DNA of 54,569 bases, filler included, from Sphacelaria rigidula (taxonomy: Eukaryota): the NCBI GenBank assembly GCA_964200075.2. It is 2 parts of 2 records of this genome, joined end to end, with 100 filler letters (N's around TTAATTAATTAA, not from the genome) between each part and the next. Parts side by side here need not be neighbours in the genome. Positions count along the whole stretch, not along the records: positions 1 to 27,240 come from CAXNAA020000123.1; positions 27,341 to 54,569 come from CAXNAA020000124.1. The stretch is one strand, 5' to 3'. The position numbers were made by a program, and so were the translations under genes. The notes under the pieces were generated by a model, which did no database searches, was not told the DNA's origin, and saw nothing but the letters and a program-made list of their open reading frames with translations. Shown here one piece after another: positions 26,762-40,767 of this stretch; the stretch's first letter is position 1, and every line of letters starts with the position of its first letter.

Positions 26762-26870
26762 CACCCTGGACAGTATGTGGTCAACAGATCTCGATGAAGT
26801 ATAGGCCTATACTTAACCCGGTTTTTGGTGTATTGCATCCATTGATCATGTATTGTCATTGTCCAGGGTG
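26762..26870. mobile_element. Small MITE with CACCCTGGACA termini
   Basis: CACCCTGGACA / TGTCCAGGGTG flanked by TGCA on both sides. CCCTGGACAA ends also occur at 43781, 45162 and 45707-45716 (reverse). Confidence 0.55.
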
Positions 26871-27240
26871 TGCAATTTCCCAGGCGAAAGTGAAAGTGCC
26901 TCTGGTGCTCTGTCATGCAGCACATGTCACACGCTTATGCTCCAGTAGCACGAGTTTTTTTTTCCCTCTCCGAGCCGATGTGTATACGTGTGTTGTGCAT
27001 GTGCACCGCCAGACTTCTAGCTGCAAATAGGTGCCGCTGGTCGTTGTTTTTTTTCATTTCACAGCATTATGCGAGCGGACCCTATTTTTATCCAGTTCCC
27101 CCCTGCCACGATCTCATGTTGTGTTCGGACAAGAAATACAAAAACACACGAAGAACAAGGTAAAATACTTTTTTCCCCCCCTCTTACCCCCCCCCCCCCC
27201 CCCCCCCCCACCCTCCTCTCCCTCTCCACTCCCCCCCCCC

Positions 27241-27340
27241 NNNNNNNNNNNNNNNNNNNNNNNNNNNNNNNNNNNNNNNNNNNNTTAATTAATTAANNNN
27301 NNNNNNNNNNNNNNNNNNNNNNNNNNNNNNNNNNNNNNNN
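27241..27340. other. Artificial scaffolding linker (N44-TTAATTAATTAA-N44)
   Basis: Exactly 100 bp and symmetric. The central 12-mer (27285-27296) gives stops in all six frames. Confidence 0.9.
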
Positions 27341-27415
27341 CAGATCGCTCCGAGAATTGAACCCACGACCCAACCGTCAGAAGATTTCGAGCTTGCCAAC
27401 TGAGCCACCGGGGCC
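27341..27415 (-). mobile_element. tRNA-like head of SINE family C, cut by the gap
   Basis: GAACCCACGACCCAACCGTCAGAAG...CCAACTGAGCCACCGG matches 16960-17014. Confidence 0.75.
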
Positions 27416-29035
27416 TTGGGACTTACTGTACCATCAAACACTGTCTGCGAGTGTCAGTATACACCGAAGGTTTATACGTTGCGTGTATATTTGGTTGCAA
27501 TGCTGTACACTGTACTGGACATGGACCTCTTCAGGGCACGTTGATTGACCCACAGGAAGGGTGAACACACACGCCGACACCGTCGGTATCGGGCTGCAAC
27601 ACGCGTTGCACCCCGATCCGCCCGTGTTATTCGCAGCGCCCGAGCCGTGCGGTCTGTAGAGTTGTACCATGATTGCTGCTAGCTGTAATGTCGGCCTAAC
27701 CCCAAGCACGTGTGCAACGGGCGACGTAACCACCGGTGCTCTGGCGCTAGACCACATTGGTCAGCCAGCTACCATGTGAAGCCTGTGTCTTCATGTCGGC
27801 TGTGCTTGTGATGAGAACGCAGTCTAAGAGGGTGGGGCACAATGTCAGCGTGTCCCGACGTCCATCATAACAACAGCCGACTTTAGAGAGGAGGTTGACC
27901 GCAAAAATGAGGCTCGAGCCCAAAAATAGTGCTTTCTAAACATTTACGATGACTTGTTGAGTTGGCATGATGCTCCTCCATGGCACAGGTACTTTTTCAC
28001 AGTGGTTTGCTGCCTCTGTGAGCTTCCATCGCTGGGCAAAACCTTCGCCCACCCCTCATACCCTACCTCCCCCTAAAATATCAACGAAAAGTATGAGTGG
28101 TTCGCTCAACGGTGGAAGTTCACGGCGTCGGTAAAACGCTCCGGCAAAGTACATACGCGAATAAAGGGCATGACGTTAACTCGAAGAGTCACTGCAAATG
28201 TGGGGAAAGCACTGTACTGGAGTTGAATACCTTGTTCGTGGAGACCTAACTGTATATAATTTTCTGTTTGATATTCTACGGGGGTGCCCCCCCCTCCGCG
28301 CGGAGAACGCCAGTAACCAACGATGGCTCAGGCCCCATGTTATCCTCACGCTGTTGTTCTCAGGCGCAAACACGTCGCCTCCATTATCTCCCAATGAATG
28401 ACTTAGTTCCCGTGTCGTGATTTTGTGTGTTTTATGGCGGATATCATACACGCTGAATGCTCTAACTGAAGGTCCCTATATTGGCGGATAGATGCCATCT
28501 CGCCAACGGGGATGCCATAGATGCCAGAGTCGGGTTAGCTGGCAAGGTGGTGATACGGTGATGCTCATTACAACAAAATTAAACCGACTCGGACTTGCGA
28601 GCGAGGACAGCCGAGAAGCGAACTCGTAGTTTGCAGGCCCGTTCACAGGCCAATATGAACAATCTATAGGGGATGATGAAAACAAATACCAGTGCAAACT
28701 ATTTTTGTTTTCCTTTTTCATGAGTGAAGAGAGTTGTACTGATACCTGAAAATTGATCATTGCCCGTAACTCATGGAAAACAAACAAACTTGTGTGCACT
28801 AATACTCGCTTTTATTATGCCCTATGCTTTGTCCGTACAAAAGTTTACGGTCCAACTCTGAATTGGCCGGGTCATGGGCCGTTTGGTGACGGGGTCGGTC
28901 GGTAGAAATTCGGAACAGTATTTTGCAGGCCACTTGCCGGCCCACGTTTGGTGTTTGTGAGTTGAATACTGTGGGGGCCCTCCCAAGGGCATAATTAACG
29001 AAACAAAGTAGGTGTGCTTGTTTTTTGTCGCACAG

Positions 29036-29771
29036 GTGCAACCGCAACTGCAAATACGCCGAGCTTGGGAAAGATTGCCATCCCATACTGTGTGGGTGCA
29101 AGGGGCGGTGCAAGCCGGCTATCGACGCGTGAAGCGTACCAGTTGGCGAAGCGTCGGAATTGGTGATGGCGAATGAAGCGGATCCCGGGGGTGACAGCGA
29201 CGACGACGCAGAGACGATCTCGGATGAAGACTGTGAGTGCCGTAGCAGCACGCCATCGGAGGAGACATTTGCTTCCTACGGGGACACGGGCGAGGACGTA
29301 TTGGAATTGTACTCGGACCGGATGAACGATGTGTGAGAGAGTGTTCAACGCACGGGTATGATACCAAGAGCTTTGGCGGAGCAGGTTCGCGTCAATAGTC
29401 ATGAGCCTCTGTCCCCCCTCGTTTATCATGATCCGCAGGCCCGTGCATTGACCGCAGTCCCGGATAATTCTTCTTCCGTTTGGTATGAAGAAGGATGGAT
29501 GGGGCTGCGATGGATTTGCAGTGATTTTAAAGTTGCAAACTGTGATTTTGTGAGACAAGGGGAGCACAATGTGGCTGTCGTGCATAGTATTGGAATCTGG
29601 CTGTCAAAAGGAACACGACTCTGGCTCGCTGACCCTCTCTGCGTCTATTCATCACCGTGTGCGCTACACTCCACCTCAGGTGCACCAACAGCGGCGAACC
29701 CAGACAGTGAGGCCGCCAGGGGTTGTATCGCGGATGGATGGAGACCATGTACACCGCAGGATGTAACGTGA
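29036..29771 (+). pseudogene. Decayed exon with Cys-rich CXC-like motif and acidic tract
   Basis: CACAG acceptor. One frame reads CNRNCKYAELGKDCHPILCGCKGRCK...DSDDDAETISDED... with only two internal stops (29130, 29334). Confidence 0.4.
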
Positions 29772-32700
29772 TCTCATGGAAGGATCGGTTATTCTTCACA
29801 TTATGCGCTTGACATCTCCGTGCTATATCTGCAGATGTGCCCGCAGCGGCGGCGGTGGAGGGGTCAGCGGGCGCAATTTCCTGTCGATTTTTTTCCCACA
29901 GGAAGTCCTAGAATTTGTTGGGTATCAAATGACGCCGGCGCATCGTGCGTATTGATGTAGGCGGTCGGCATTTTCTCGTACGGTTTTCCCGCCTGAACTT
30001 CCCGCCGCTGGAGGGATACAGTGGTCATACCATCAGGGTATCGAGTGTTGAGGGCAGGTGTTCTTCCTGAGGATATTGTGCGGTTTGAAAGGAACGCAGG
30101 TACTTGTGCAGGCTCCTCCGATATGTTACTCCCTGGAAATAGCAAAAATAAATCCGGCGCTAGATTGCGAGAGTCATGTGTTTTCCTTCCCCAGAATAAT
30201 GTATCGTTGACGTGACCTCTTGCGATATCACCGGAATTTTTCGGTTTCATTTCGTCTTCGGAGAGGTTTCCGGGGATGTATGCAGGGAAGACCCCGCACG
30301 TAAGGGGGCTGGTATCACCTGGAAAAAATACGCGATGACTGTTTTTCGCCGGCGTTGGTCTATGCATGTGTTTTAGTTATTGCGGAACTGCACCCAAGAC
30401 CCGACGCGGTCACGGACCCTGCACATGTTGCCATCGTACTGGGTGGCGGGTGAACGAAGGGGTGCAAAAAGGACGGCGGTAACTCACCGCATCTGTGACA
30501 TGCGGCGCGACCGCATGTCATGTATCTTTCCACAGTTCAGTACTACATTATCCACTTCTGAAGCGTCACTTTGCTTGTGGGTTTCTCCACCGTCTCCACA
30601 CCACCTGGCTTCAAACTTGGCACAGAGGTACAACACAACACAGACAGCATATACGCTGTTCGGCGGCACGTGAACGGGAGTGCGGATTGAACACAGAGAA
30701 CACGGATTGCGGGTCACGCCGTCCATACGCCCTGAAAACGGCGTCTCTGCAACCCAGACCGCGTGAGACATCGCTGGATGCATGTGCTGACACGCGGGTG
30801 CGCTCACTTTCACGTCATGACCTACTACGCAGCTTGTGCGCTGCGAGCAGACATCGATCTGCACTGGCACACTTTCCGGATCATGATATTCTGTGCGGTA
30901 CACATTTTCTCCTTGTCTGAACAGGTGCTCATTTCAGGAGGCACGGCCATGCACGCGCTGTCAGCATTTTCACGCGCTGAAACTTCGCCCGCGTGTCATT
31001 TAGACCGTAGGCAACAACCTCGTATTGCTGAATCCGGGGTTGCGATGTGGGTGTGTGCGTGTCGAGACGAAATTATGTCGGATTCTGTTACGAATCGTGA
31101 TTTTTTTTCCTTCTTTCGGCGCAACGCTGGGCGTCCAGAACAGATGGGATGACGACGACGACGACACACACACACACACACACACACACCAGGGTCATTT
31201 CAGAGAACAACAACATAGCCCACGAAGGTTACTTGCGTTCGAGCGCAGTCATTGTGCGGTGTTGCATCACGCGGCATCGGTCACTTTTCGCAACGAGTGG
31301 TATTGCCCCGTCCTACGCTGTACCTGTCTGACCCAGTGTGTGGAACACACTTCACACGGCGACACAGCAGCAAAAAACGGTGTATATCACCCCTTCCATC
31401 GGTGAGAAGTTTTCCATTCTCGTTTTCCTCGAGAAGGCGGGTCCTCCATTATAACTACACGGCCTTGCGTCATCAAAACAAGATCGGCGGAATCTCTTTA
31501 CCGCCCCATCTTTCTACGACGCGGCCATCGCTGGTTCTTAGTCAAGGAGGACCCAGCAATTACTCGCATACGTGTCATGTTGTCCGCCGCCCACTAGACT
31601 CCAACACAAGGCGGCGCTTAAATCGACCTCACCTCTGCGCGTATCGAGTCCAGATAGGATGGCAACGTGAATATTCCTTTTTGTCACATAAGCTCCACGC
31701 TAGTATTGGATTATTGGATTTCCCTCCCCTGCAGCATCCACCTGTCCTCCTGAATGAAAGTGTTCTGGCAACAGATGTAGCACATGTCATGACCCATTGT
31801 CCCGCCTTTTAGTCGAGGCTTCAAAGCCATTTTTCAGGAGAGTGGATTGTGCCGCGATTGCCAACAAGGCCTGGTCTGATTGCTTCAAGTCTTCCCGAGT
31901 ATTGCTCTCATTGCCCGCAAAATCTCCCCAAATACCGCCTCCATAAGCTTGAAAAATTAGTAACACTTCTCCAACTACTGTACGTGAACAACAACGGCTG
32001 CAGCTGCCGCAAGGCCAAAGCGCAGGGAGACGGGTACACACTGTACGGGAAAGGAATATAATACTAGCGTGGGATCCATCGCGATAGCAAGAAAGGTCGC
32101 ATCGCTATCCCATCGGGACTCGCACCGAGGTGAGGCCGGTTGAAGCTCCTTCTTATTATTTGGTTCAGTCTTGTCGTCGTCTAGCGGGCGATGGACAATG
32201 CCACGCGTATTCGATACTCTGCTCCGTCAGTCTTGACAAGGAACCCTACGATGGCCACGTCATGCAAAGATGGGACGTTGGAGAGATGCATCGATCTCGT
32301 TTCATAAAACGAGGTTGCAGAGTGAGGTGAGACCCGTTTTCTCGAGAAAAACGAGGATGAAAAACTTCGCACCGATTGAGGGGGTGATATACGCCGTCAC
32401 TGCGATTTTATCACATGCAGTGTCGTCCGCACAGTCAGGTACATCGCAGGACCGGGCAGCACTATCTGTTACAACAAAAGTGATCAATGCCATTGGCTAC
32501 GACACGAGACAGAGATTGCGCTTGAACACGAGTGGTTTTGATGGGCTACGTTGTTGTCTGAGTGGCCCTTGTCTGTACCCACGTGCTACCTCGGCTGCAC
32601 GTCACTTGTGCATCTCGGGTGTTTCACACCACGCTATAGTGTAGAGCTGTTAAACCACCACGTTGTCCCTGTCGATGGATGAAGCTCGTGCCTTCAGTCT

Positions 32701-32970
32701 ATCGGTATGGCAGTCCGTCCCGCCCCTGCAGGCCGACGTGGTCGTTGCAGCGGTGTGGAGAGAGCAGGAGCGTCGTGTTTACGGGCTGCGGTGGCGGGCT
32801 GTGGCTCGTTTTTTTATTTGAACAGTTTGCAAGTACAACACAGGGAAGATCAGTCTTGCCGAAGAACACCATACGACGTATTTCATTTCGTTTCTGGCTA
32901 CCATGATTCACTATCATTAGCGGAACTGCCGACTGTCCGAAGGGAGTGCAAGGAAGCCTGCCAGCTGCAG

Positions 32971-33004
<34 letters not shown>

Positions 33005-33072
33005 TCCCACCACCGCAGCACCAGCCACCCACAGCGCAAACGACGACNNNNNNNNNNCCCCCCCCCCTCTTC

Positions 33073-33130
33073 GGATGCGTGGTCAATGGTCAAACGACTA
33101 GGGCAAGCAACAAATGAGTACGCCCCCCCC
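33073..33130 (+). mobile_element. Very short LINE family A 3' fragment
   Basis: GGATGCGTGGTCAATGGTCAAACGACTAGGGCAAGCAACAAATGAGTACG plus C run. CCCCTCTTC duplicated at 33064-33072 and 33132-33140. Confidence 0.75.
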
Positions 33131-33287
33131 TCCCCTCTTCCTCCCCCACATCGCAGCTTGTTCACAATACAGAAAAGCTACGGCAAAAACTGTGATTCTT
33201 GTTCCTCGACAAGCATACGCAATCGAATGACTCCTCTCAGACCCAGGGATCGCCTATGCGTGAGCACCCAAGAACTGAGGAGGTTCA

Positions 33288-34147
33288 GGACCATTCTTAA
33301 CGGAGGGGACTATCCCCTTTTTTATAAAACCCGTTTTCAAAAATGACCGCTGATTCGTCGCTGCGATATCACCCTCCCCCCCCACACACCCCACCAAATA
33401 AATAAACGAATAAAACTCAACGTGCACAGAACTCCCTTTTTTTTCGGGGATTTCAGGAAATGCAAAACACTTCCTGAAATCCCCTTTCGAGAAGGGCATT
33501 TCTGTGCACCTCGAAGTGGAACACACATGTCCCGTCGACAAGGGCTCATGCAAAGCCTTACCACACAACCCAACACCATCAGAGCTGAACCTGAGGAACT
33601 TGGTGGCTCCGCCAACCAAGAACACACTGCTCGAGCTGTAGCTGCTCATGAGCTGTGCACGTGGTGCGTGACCTTGCTCCAATCTGTTCAGAGTTCATTC
33701 AGGAATGATGACTTGTGTTAGACGCGCGCACAGTACACGCTTACAAAACGGTCAGCAACGACACATTTTCGGTTGTTTCTGACACGCACGCAGCCGCCAT
33801 TCGTCCAATACAGAACGTATTTCCGTCAAACAAGGACTGCTGTGTGTAGATTAGCGAGGACTAACAGCGAAACTAATCTACGTGAGTGGTGGGTGTCTGT
33901 GCGTATTTTTCGGGGCTAGGAGTGTAAGTGTTGCCTTCCTTGTCGCGTCTTGTCTGCAGCATTACACAGACCTTGGACCAACGACCACCTCAAGACTCGC
34001 CGCAATTCTGAACCCGTGTGCAGATCTGGGGTCCAATCTGTACAAAACTGCTTCTCGATAGGACTCAGGACTGGTCGTTATGGGGCCAATCCCCTGTCAA
34101 AAGGAGATTGTGTAGAAGGGAAAAATCACCTTCGATGAAAAGGGCCC
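33288..34147. mobile_element. ~0.85-kb non-autonomous DNA element with GGGCCC-type ends (PIF/Harbinger-like), copy 1
   Basis: Reverse complement of 41810-42615 over nearly its whole length. Flanked by TCA and TTA. Confidence 0.7.
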
Positions 34148-34180
34148 TTATTGTGTCAATGCTCTCGGCGGCCGTGGGAG

Positions 34181-34301
34181 GGGGGGGGGGGCGGTGTACT
34201 CATGATCATGCATGCCATAGTCATAAGACCATTGACCTCGCATCCCTACAAAGCCAGGACGGAGCACGCCGGGTTTTCACTGGACCAGGCTCGCACTCAA
34301 T
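34181..34301 (-). mobile_element. 5'-truncated SINE-like family B copy
   Basis: Reverse complement of ~13750-13850. CGGCCGTGG(G/A)AG duplicated at 34169 and 34302. Confidence 0.75.
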
Positions 34302-37300
34302 CGGCCGTGGAAGTGGGCGGTTTGATCGCTGGATTATGACTTTCGAGTGTCTCGGTAGATAGGCATGAGCTTCACCTCTACATGTTTGTGCTTGACGCTT
34401 TCGACGCCAGAGCCTTGAGCTGGACCCTACATCGACACCTCATAAAACTATGAGGAATGGCGAATATTCCCGTGCTAGTACGCGAGTGGGGGGTTCGGGA
34501 CACAGGGTTTTTGCCGAAGGGGGTGTCGTCGGGAGTAAGTGGTGATGTGGAGGTACAATGAAACCAGGATTATCACAAAATAACATACTGCTTGTTATCT
34601 GAATATGGCATTTTCACAACCCAGGCAGTGAAGCAGGAATCAAGCACAGGTTCGTAACGTACTCTCAGATTCACATTTGTATAGGTCCACCTAGCTGATA
34701 GCAGTACAGCCGCGGTTTTTGTGCGAGTGCTTGATGACAGTCCGCAGTGCAACTCGGAGTAAATGACAGCGATGGTGGAAAACATCGGACGGTGTCTTGT
34801 CTCGTGTTCTGCAAGTTGGACTCCCAGCAGCTCGCTGTCAGCGCTTCGTCGCTCAACACATTCCCCGAGTAATACACAGGCAAGCAATGGTCTATGGCCA
34901 GCTGTTATGGGATCAATATCACTCCTTGTCTCCTTTGCGCCGCTGCATATACCGTGGTATAGGCATCGGTTGTCGGCAGACCCCTGTATTACCCAATTCC
35001 AACCGCCATTTACGTCCAAAACGGGCGGTAGAGCATTATACTGCCTGTACTACTCGTTGGCTGAATGTACGGTACATGTTTGGACATATTCCGAGGGACT
35101 GTCAGCCAGAATAGTTTGTCGATATGAGGCCCGTCGCTCAAAGGGTTGATTTTTCATTCTGTCGTACGCCGCATGCCCGAATGCACCGGGAACAAACTAC
35201 TATCCAACCGTAGGCGTCAATAATTCTGTACTGCTGCACCTGCTGTGGTGGTGGTGGGAGCTGTAGATACTTTGCCGGATGTGAGGTACACCTTGTGAAA
35301 CCTCAACCGGCGTAAAATCGATCTGGTTCCATGATGAGTGGTGATTGTCTTTGCCTACCTCCGGGCAGCCGTACTCGATGGATACCCAATGTTCAAGTGT
35401 AATGTTGCACAGCGTATAGGACGGGAGAGGGGGATTGTGTCCCTGCGGCATTGCTGGAACAGAAGTAGCCGATTTTTGTGACTGAATTCGAGTGATGTAC
35501 TGGAATAGGTAGACCCCCGAATGCGGTGCAAAAATAACAAGGTGTCTTGTCAGATCGCTGCAATATTTTTTGGCTCTGCGGTCATGTTTGCATTTTGAGT
35601 CGATGTATGTGCGGTACTTGAGTAACCTTCAATGATCATGGTGGGGTTTCTGAAAATGAACCTCATCCCAGGGTTTGTGGCAGTTTTCCTTCCGTCAACC
35701 CTGCCATGGCCCCTGTTTGGGCATGGCGGGGCACCTTGCATAGCCATGCTCATGAGCATATCATGAATCTGCGGGAATTGGCGAGTTCATACGTGATATA
35801 TCTCGTGCAATCATGCGTTGCATCTGGATTGTGCGTGCAGCATCGGAACAGGAACTTCATAGAGGGAGGCATGTTTGTACACCCATATTCCGACATCAAC
35901 GCAACACGACGACGAGGCCCGCCCCAGGCCTCGGCAGCGCAACAATTTTTAGCACGAAGTTTGGAAAAAGATATACATTCTGTCAACACGGGTCGACCCG
36001 AAACAAAGGCAGTCACAGCACGCACGCTGTGGTGCATCGTTCCTGACAATTGCAAAAGCCGGCGGACTTTCGAGCCCACCTCAAGCTGCTCGGCCCTCCA
36101 TTGCTACGTACGTGTGGAAAATAACACCAGTGTCGACTACTGAGACCTGCTCCACATCTTGAACCGTTCGTGATTCTGCGGTAAAATGTCGTGTGACGCG
36201 ATGCCCCGTGGCAAACTTTCACATTAAGCTCGGGCAACAACAAGCTCCACAGCTCAAGAATATTTGTGGAGCTACGTTTGCCGCTGTTCCTGTGACCTGC
36301 AAACACCATGACCACGTGCAGTAACATGGCCGGCACTTGAGCCTTTTTGTTCTTTCGATAGTTACCCGTGTGAAAGCGCAACGTGGGGGATGATACAGTA
36401 CAGTACCGCAGTAATGTTTGGGCGATTTTCGTGGTGCCCAGAAAAGCCAAATGCGAGTCCTCTTGCACGTGTACCAAGTTCGTGTGCGGTGATCATCGTG
36501 CGAAATCAGCGCCTTCCAGGCCGTTGGCGGGTAAGAGAAGCTAGCATTGTGGGACAAAAATGGGGTATTTTCCACCTTATGTAATCGCACCATGGAGGGA
36601 AGAGAGGGAGCTTGTGTTCGTCAGCGATTTCTCGCCTGTCCGACCTGAGGTTCATTCCAAGCCCTGTCCATATTGGGGTTAGTGACGAAGCGATGTGCGT
36701 GCATGTGAGCGTTTCCAATGGTTTTACGCTGTCCGGGTGTGTCTGGAGATGAAAATAGTGACTCAGTGTACTGTTACATGCAAGCGGGAAAGCCAGCCCG
36801 AAATGCTTTTGCCTTCAAGCCGAAAAAAGAGAGGCCCATGAACAAGATAGATTTCGACGAGACGTTCCATTGTCCTCCTGCTTGGAGAAAGTTCTCTCTT
36901 GGGAACCAGTCACATGTACATTTGTGCGACATAGTTTATTGTAACAGAGACCCCGACTTGGTACCAACTTGTTCTTATGCGCGAAACGGAGCTTGTAAGT
37001 AGGTTTCTGGCGGCACACGGGAAGTCACGAAACTCAGTTTTTACAATATATTGTCTTTCCCTTGCCCTAACAGTAAAATCGAATCGTCCTTCCTTTGCCC
37101 TAAAAATAAAAATTGGTCATCCATGAACCAAACATCCAACCAACAATCCCAATCCCAACCAAGCAATTTATTAATTAATTTTCTTATTCTCATAGAGTAG
37201 AAATACATATATATAATAATACTAATTAATTAATTAATTAATTAATTAATCAATTTTGTTATTTACAGCCCCCCTTAAAAAATACGAAAAGGTCAACGCC

Positions 37301-39077
37301 GGAAAACAATTAGGTCTTCCTTCTGCTGATTATTTTGGCACCACTTCTTCAAGGCCCCGTTGTGGGAAAAACACTCTTCGGCATGGCGACTTTTCCCCCG
37401 AAGGGATGCTTTCGCCGCCCTTTGTTTTTGTTTTTTTATTCGCTGTGAGGTCTTCGGCACCATTTCTGCAAGGCCCCGTTGGGGGAAAAGCTCTCCGGAA
37501 TAGGGACCTTTTTACCCGGAAGGATGCGTTTCCCGCTGATCTCGTAAAGACAGGCACATAATTTCGGGAGAGATGAGAAATGGTAACCAGTATGCACACT
37601 GGAGCGACACACAGCATTATACAGACACCAAGCAACATGACTCACGGCGTAGTGTTAGTCGAGTGTGGACAGTACCACTGTGTAGCCGTGCAGTAGGCGT
37701 CCATGAGGTATCATTATGGCTACCGGGGACCGCAGTATGTAACGACGTCCGTCTGCCTCTTCTCGTCACCCTTGTAACGCACATGATGAGTCCGTGGTCT
37801 CTCGGGATTGATCCGTCTCTCCCCGGTACACGCCTTACTTTCGATAACAGAAATGAGGTCAGCATCCCCTTATCACGTCGACTCTCATCAAGCGAAGTGG
37901 CTTTGCTTCTCACCTCCTCACAGATATCAGATACTCCTCAGAGGGTAAGACCCAAAGGGCAGACCTATCAATAGTGTCAGTTGTACCGATTAGACCACCG
38001 GGCCGCGGCAGCAAGCGTCGTAAGTGCAGTAATGTCCAGAGGTGGTCACCGCTCGGAAGTATGCTACAGAGCAGGACAGTGCTCTCATGCAGCTTGTGTT
38101 GCAGGCCCACCATGCATCCCAAAAATATCTCGTACGCGCACGTTCAGCTATATCCTCGACCGCGGGTCAGAAATATAAAACTGATGTATTGATTTCACCC
38201 TTTCAGCGCCGGATCATTTTGAGAACCTTCAATTAGCATGTCGATTTTTAGGGATTCAGAGTAGCGGTTCTAATGGAAGGCACCTAGCCCACACAAAAAT
38301 CGGGTGGTCCGAGCCCTCGGAGCTGTTGCCACGCATATCTCCATGCCAAAAGTCATTTTAGTGCAGTACAGCATCGTGCAACCATATAGGGTGGGTGAAG
38401 ATCATCATTAGCGGTGATCTTGCCACCAACGCATGTGGTATGACATGTGTAAAGGGTTTACGAGTCCGTAACGGGCGAGACGATTGTACGGATGAATACT
38501 TCGACGCACATAGCTGGGAAGTGCAATGCTTGATGATACAGACGCCGCACAAACTCCAGAGCTGTTCCCGGCTACGGACTTTGAAAAATGGCTGCAGAAA
38601 ACGGAACTTGAGTTTCTTTCGTGGTATCACTGCGGTACACACCTGTGCGGTGCTCGTCAAGTGCGGTGCAGACGGTGGTGGTATGGTATGTCCTTGGGTT
38701 CTCTCAGGGAGTTGGCATGTAGTACTCCGAAGCAGCGGTGCGATGCGGGACGTTACGGAGCCGGACAACAGTGACGCCCACCACGTTGAAGCTATATCGC
38801 TGCGGGTTTTACGGTGATTGGGAACTCGGTACCCTACCGCGGTGACCGCCGCTCTCGGATGCTGTACGTACACGTGGATCGTATGAATCCATACACACAC
38901 TGTGTGGGCTAGATATACTTACAAGTCAATTTGGGCGTTATGGGATTGTCCTGTTGACGCGGAACGGTACGGGTGTTTCGCGGTACATATGTTTTGTGGT
39001 TTCGGTCAATCACGGTAAAGTGCGGCGCGGACATCGTAATCTGCAGTACGGCGTCGAAGAGTTGGCGGTGAGTTCTG

Positions 39078-39340
39078 CAAGGGCAGATCGAGTAGAGTAT
39101 ACCCAATACTCAGTATTTTCGATGAGTCATACTTCTAGTTCTCGAATCATGAGTTTAGTATTTGCGGCCGTACTCCATCTACTCATGATTTGAGTAAAGT
39201 TTGAGGCCGTACTCATTCTACTCGAAATTTGAGCTGAGTATTTAAGGCCGTACTCGACCTACTCAAAAATTGAATATAGCAAATCATCGGGTATATTACT
39301 CGAGGACTCTAAAGTTCATACTCTACTCGACCTGCCCTTG
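39078..39340. mobile_element. 263-bp hAT-like MITE
   Basis: TIRs CAAGGGCAGATCGAGTAGAGTAT / ATACTCTACTCGACCTGCCCTTG. 8-bp TSD GAGTTCTG (39070-39077) / GAGTCCTG (39341-39348). Three internal GGCCGTACTC repeats. Confidence 0.85.
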
Positions 39341-40767
39341 GAGTCCTGCATGAATACCGGAAGATACGAATTGTGGCATTGTAGCGGTTCACCCATGTTG
39401 AATTGTGCAGCTTCGGGCTGTACCACAGATGATAATCGGAATGTAGTAGAGAATCCCGTGTTGTTGAGCGTGGTACAGAGCACCGATGGCGACCCCGATA
39501 AACTCCAACCTGCCTGCTCAACCATGGACCCGACTATCTTTACACTCGCATAGTCCAAAGAAGGACGTTTGTATTTATGCCGAGGAGTAAGTATATAGCG
39601 GCATTTTCCAGGAGCCATGCCCCCCCAAAACGTCATGATGCCTGAGTGCTGCACGGACTGTGAGGAATCCGCAGTTGGCGAGAAGCAGCTGTGAGTATTC
39701 CAGACGTTGGACACCTCATGACGTACCTGAAATGACGGATAAAGATGAGTCCTAAACCCCTTGGTCCAATGGCACAGAGTGCGTGACCGCGGGGCGAGGA
39801 ATGCCAAAGCGCAACCCTTGCGCTACTTCGCGTGCTTAGCGTCCAGCGCTGTAGGAAGCAAATATGGGAACAGGGGCTATATGAGCCAGCTCATGTTTCG
39901 GATTATTATTTTAGTGAGAGGTAATGCGTACGTAGCTCATGAGCTGTCCGTCTTGTGGAGTAATCGGTTTTGGAACTAGGAAGAACAGTGGCAAATCCGC
40001 ATTTACCCCGAAATAACCGGCAGGTGGGCGGGGAGGAGGGTTTTAGTTCCTGGGGGAAGTGTGTGCCCCACTGAGCCTGTCTGGTCTAGCGCCTATTATC
40101 GAGTTTATGCGAGGCTCATTTCAAGGATACGATTGCTGCCCTCCGAGTTCCCTCGGCACTATCTGGCCGGATTCTCGGAACAGAAAGCTCTAAGCCCTCA
40201 AGAGGTTGGATCACGACCAAATACGAACATATCACGTCAGATCAACGGCAGTACAGTACAGCCGAAGACCAAGCACAGCATGAAGTAGAATACAATTTAC
40301 GCATATTTTCCGCACACCTTCAGACGCAACCTATCACAGTGCAGACGGATTATTATAGCGGCGTATTTCCGTGTAGCACTTGTGGGTAGCAGGACGCTCC
40401 TACCAACGATGGCATGCGTATTTTACTCTTGAAAATATTTTTATGGGCACAGTTATAGCACCCAAAACTGTCAGTATGGGCGGAATTCATTGTGAGCATC
40501 CCGCGTGTGTGCCTCATTGTATGCAGCTGCGACACTGGGGCCCGTATCGTGCGTCGTGGCGTCCCCCCAACACTTGGCACCCCCGCCAATCCCCCATCTT
40601 AGCCTGGTCTGGCGAAAACCCAGCGTGCTCCGTCCCGGCTTTTTGGGGGGACTGACCCCTCATGGGTTTTGCGTCAGTTGGCAATGGCGCTGTAAAACAC
40701 GCCACTCACTGCGTAAGCTAGGCAACCTGGTTACCGTTCTTGTTTGCACGCTTGTGTTTTTTCCCCT

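Noticed and set aside
27285-27296. TTAATTAATTAA palindrome as a biological site
   Set aside because: Centred in an exactly 100-bp symmetric N spacer, so it is an assembly linker. Synteny across it should not be trusted.
34400-38900. Intact genes among many 100-180 aa ORFs
   Set aside because: No recognisable domain, no consistent strand and no convincing splice chain.
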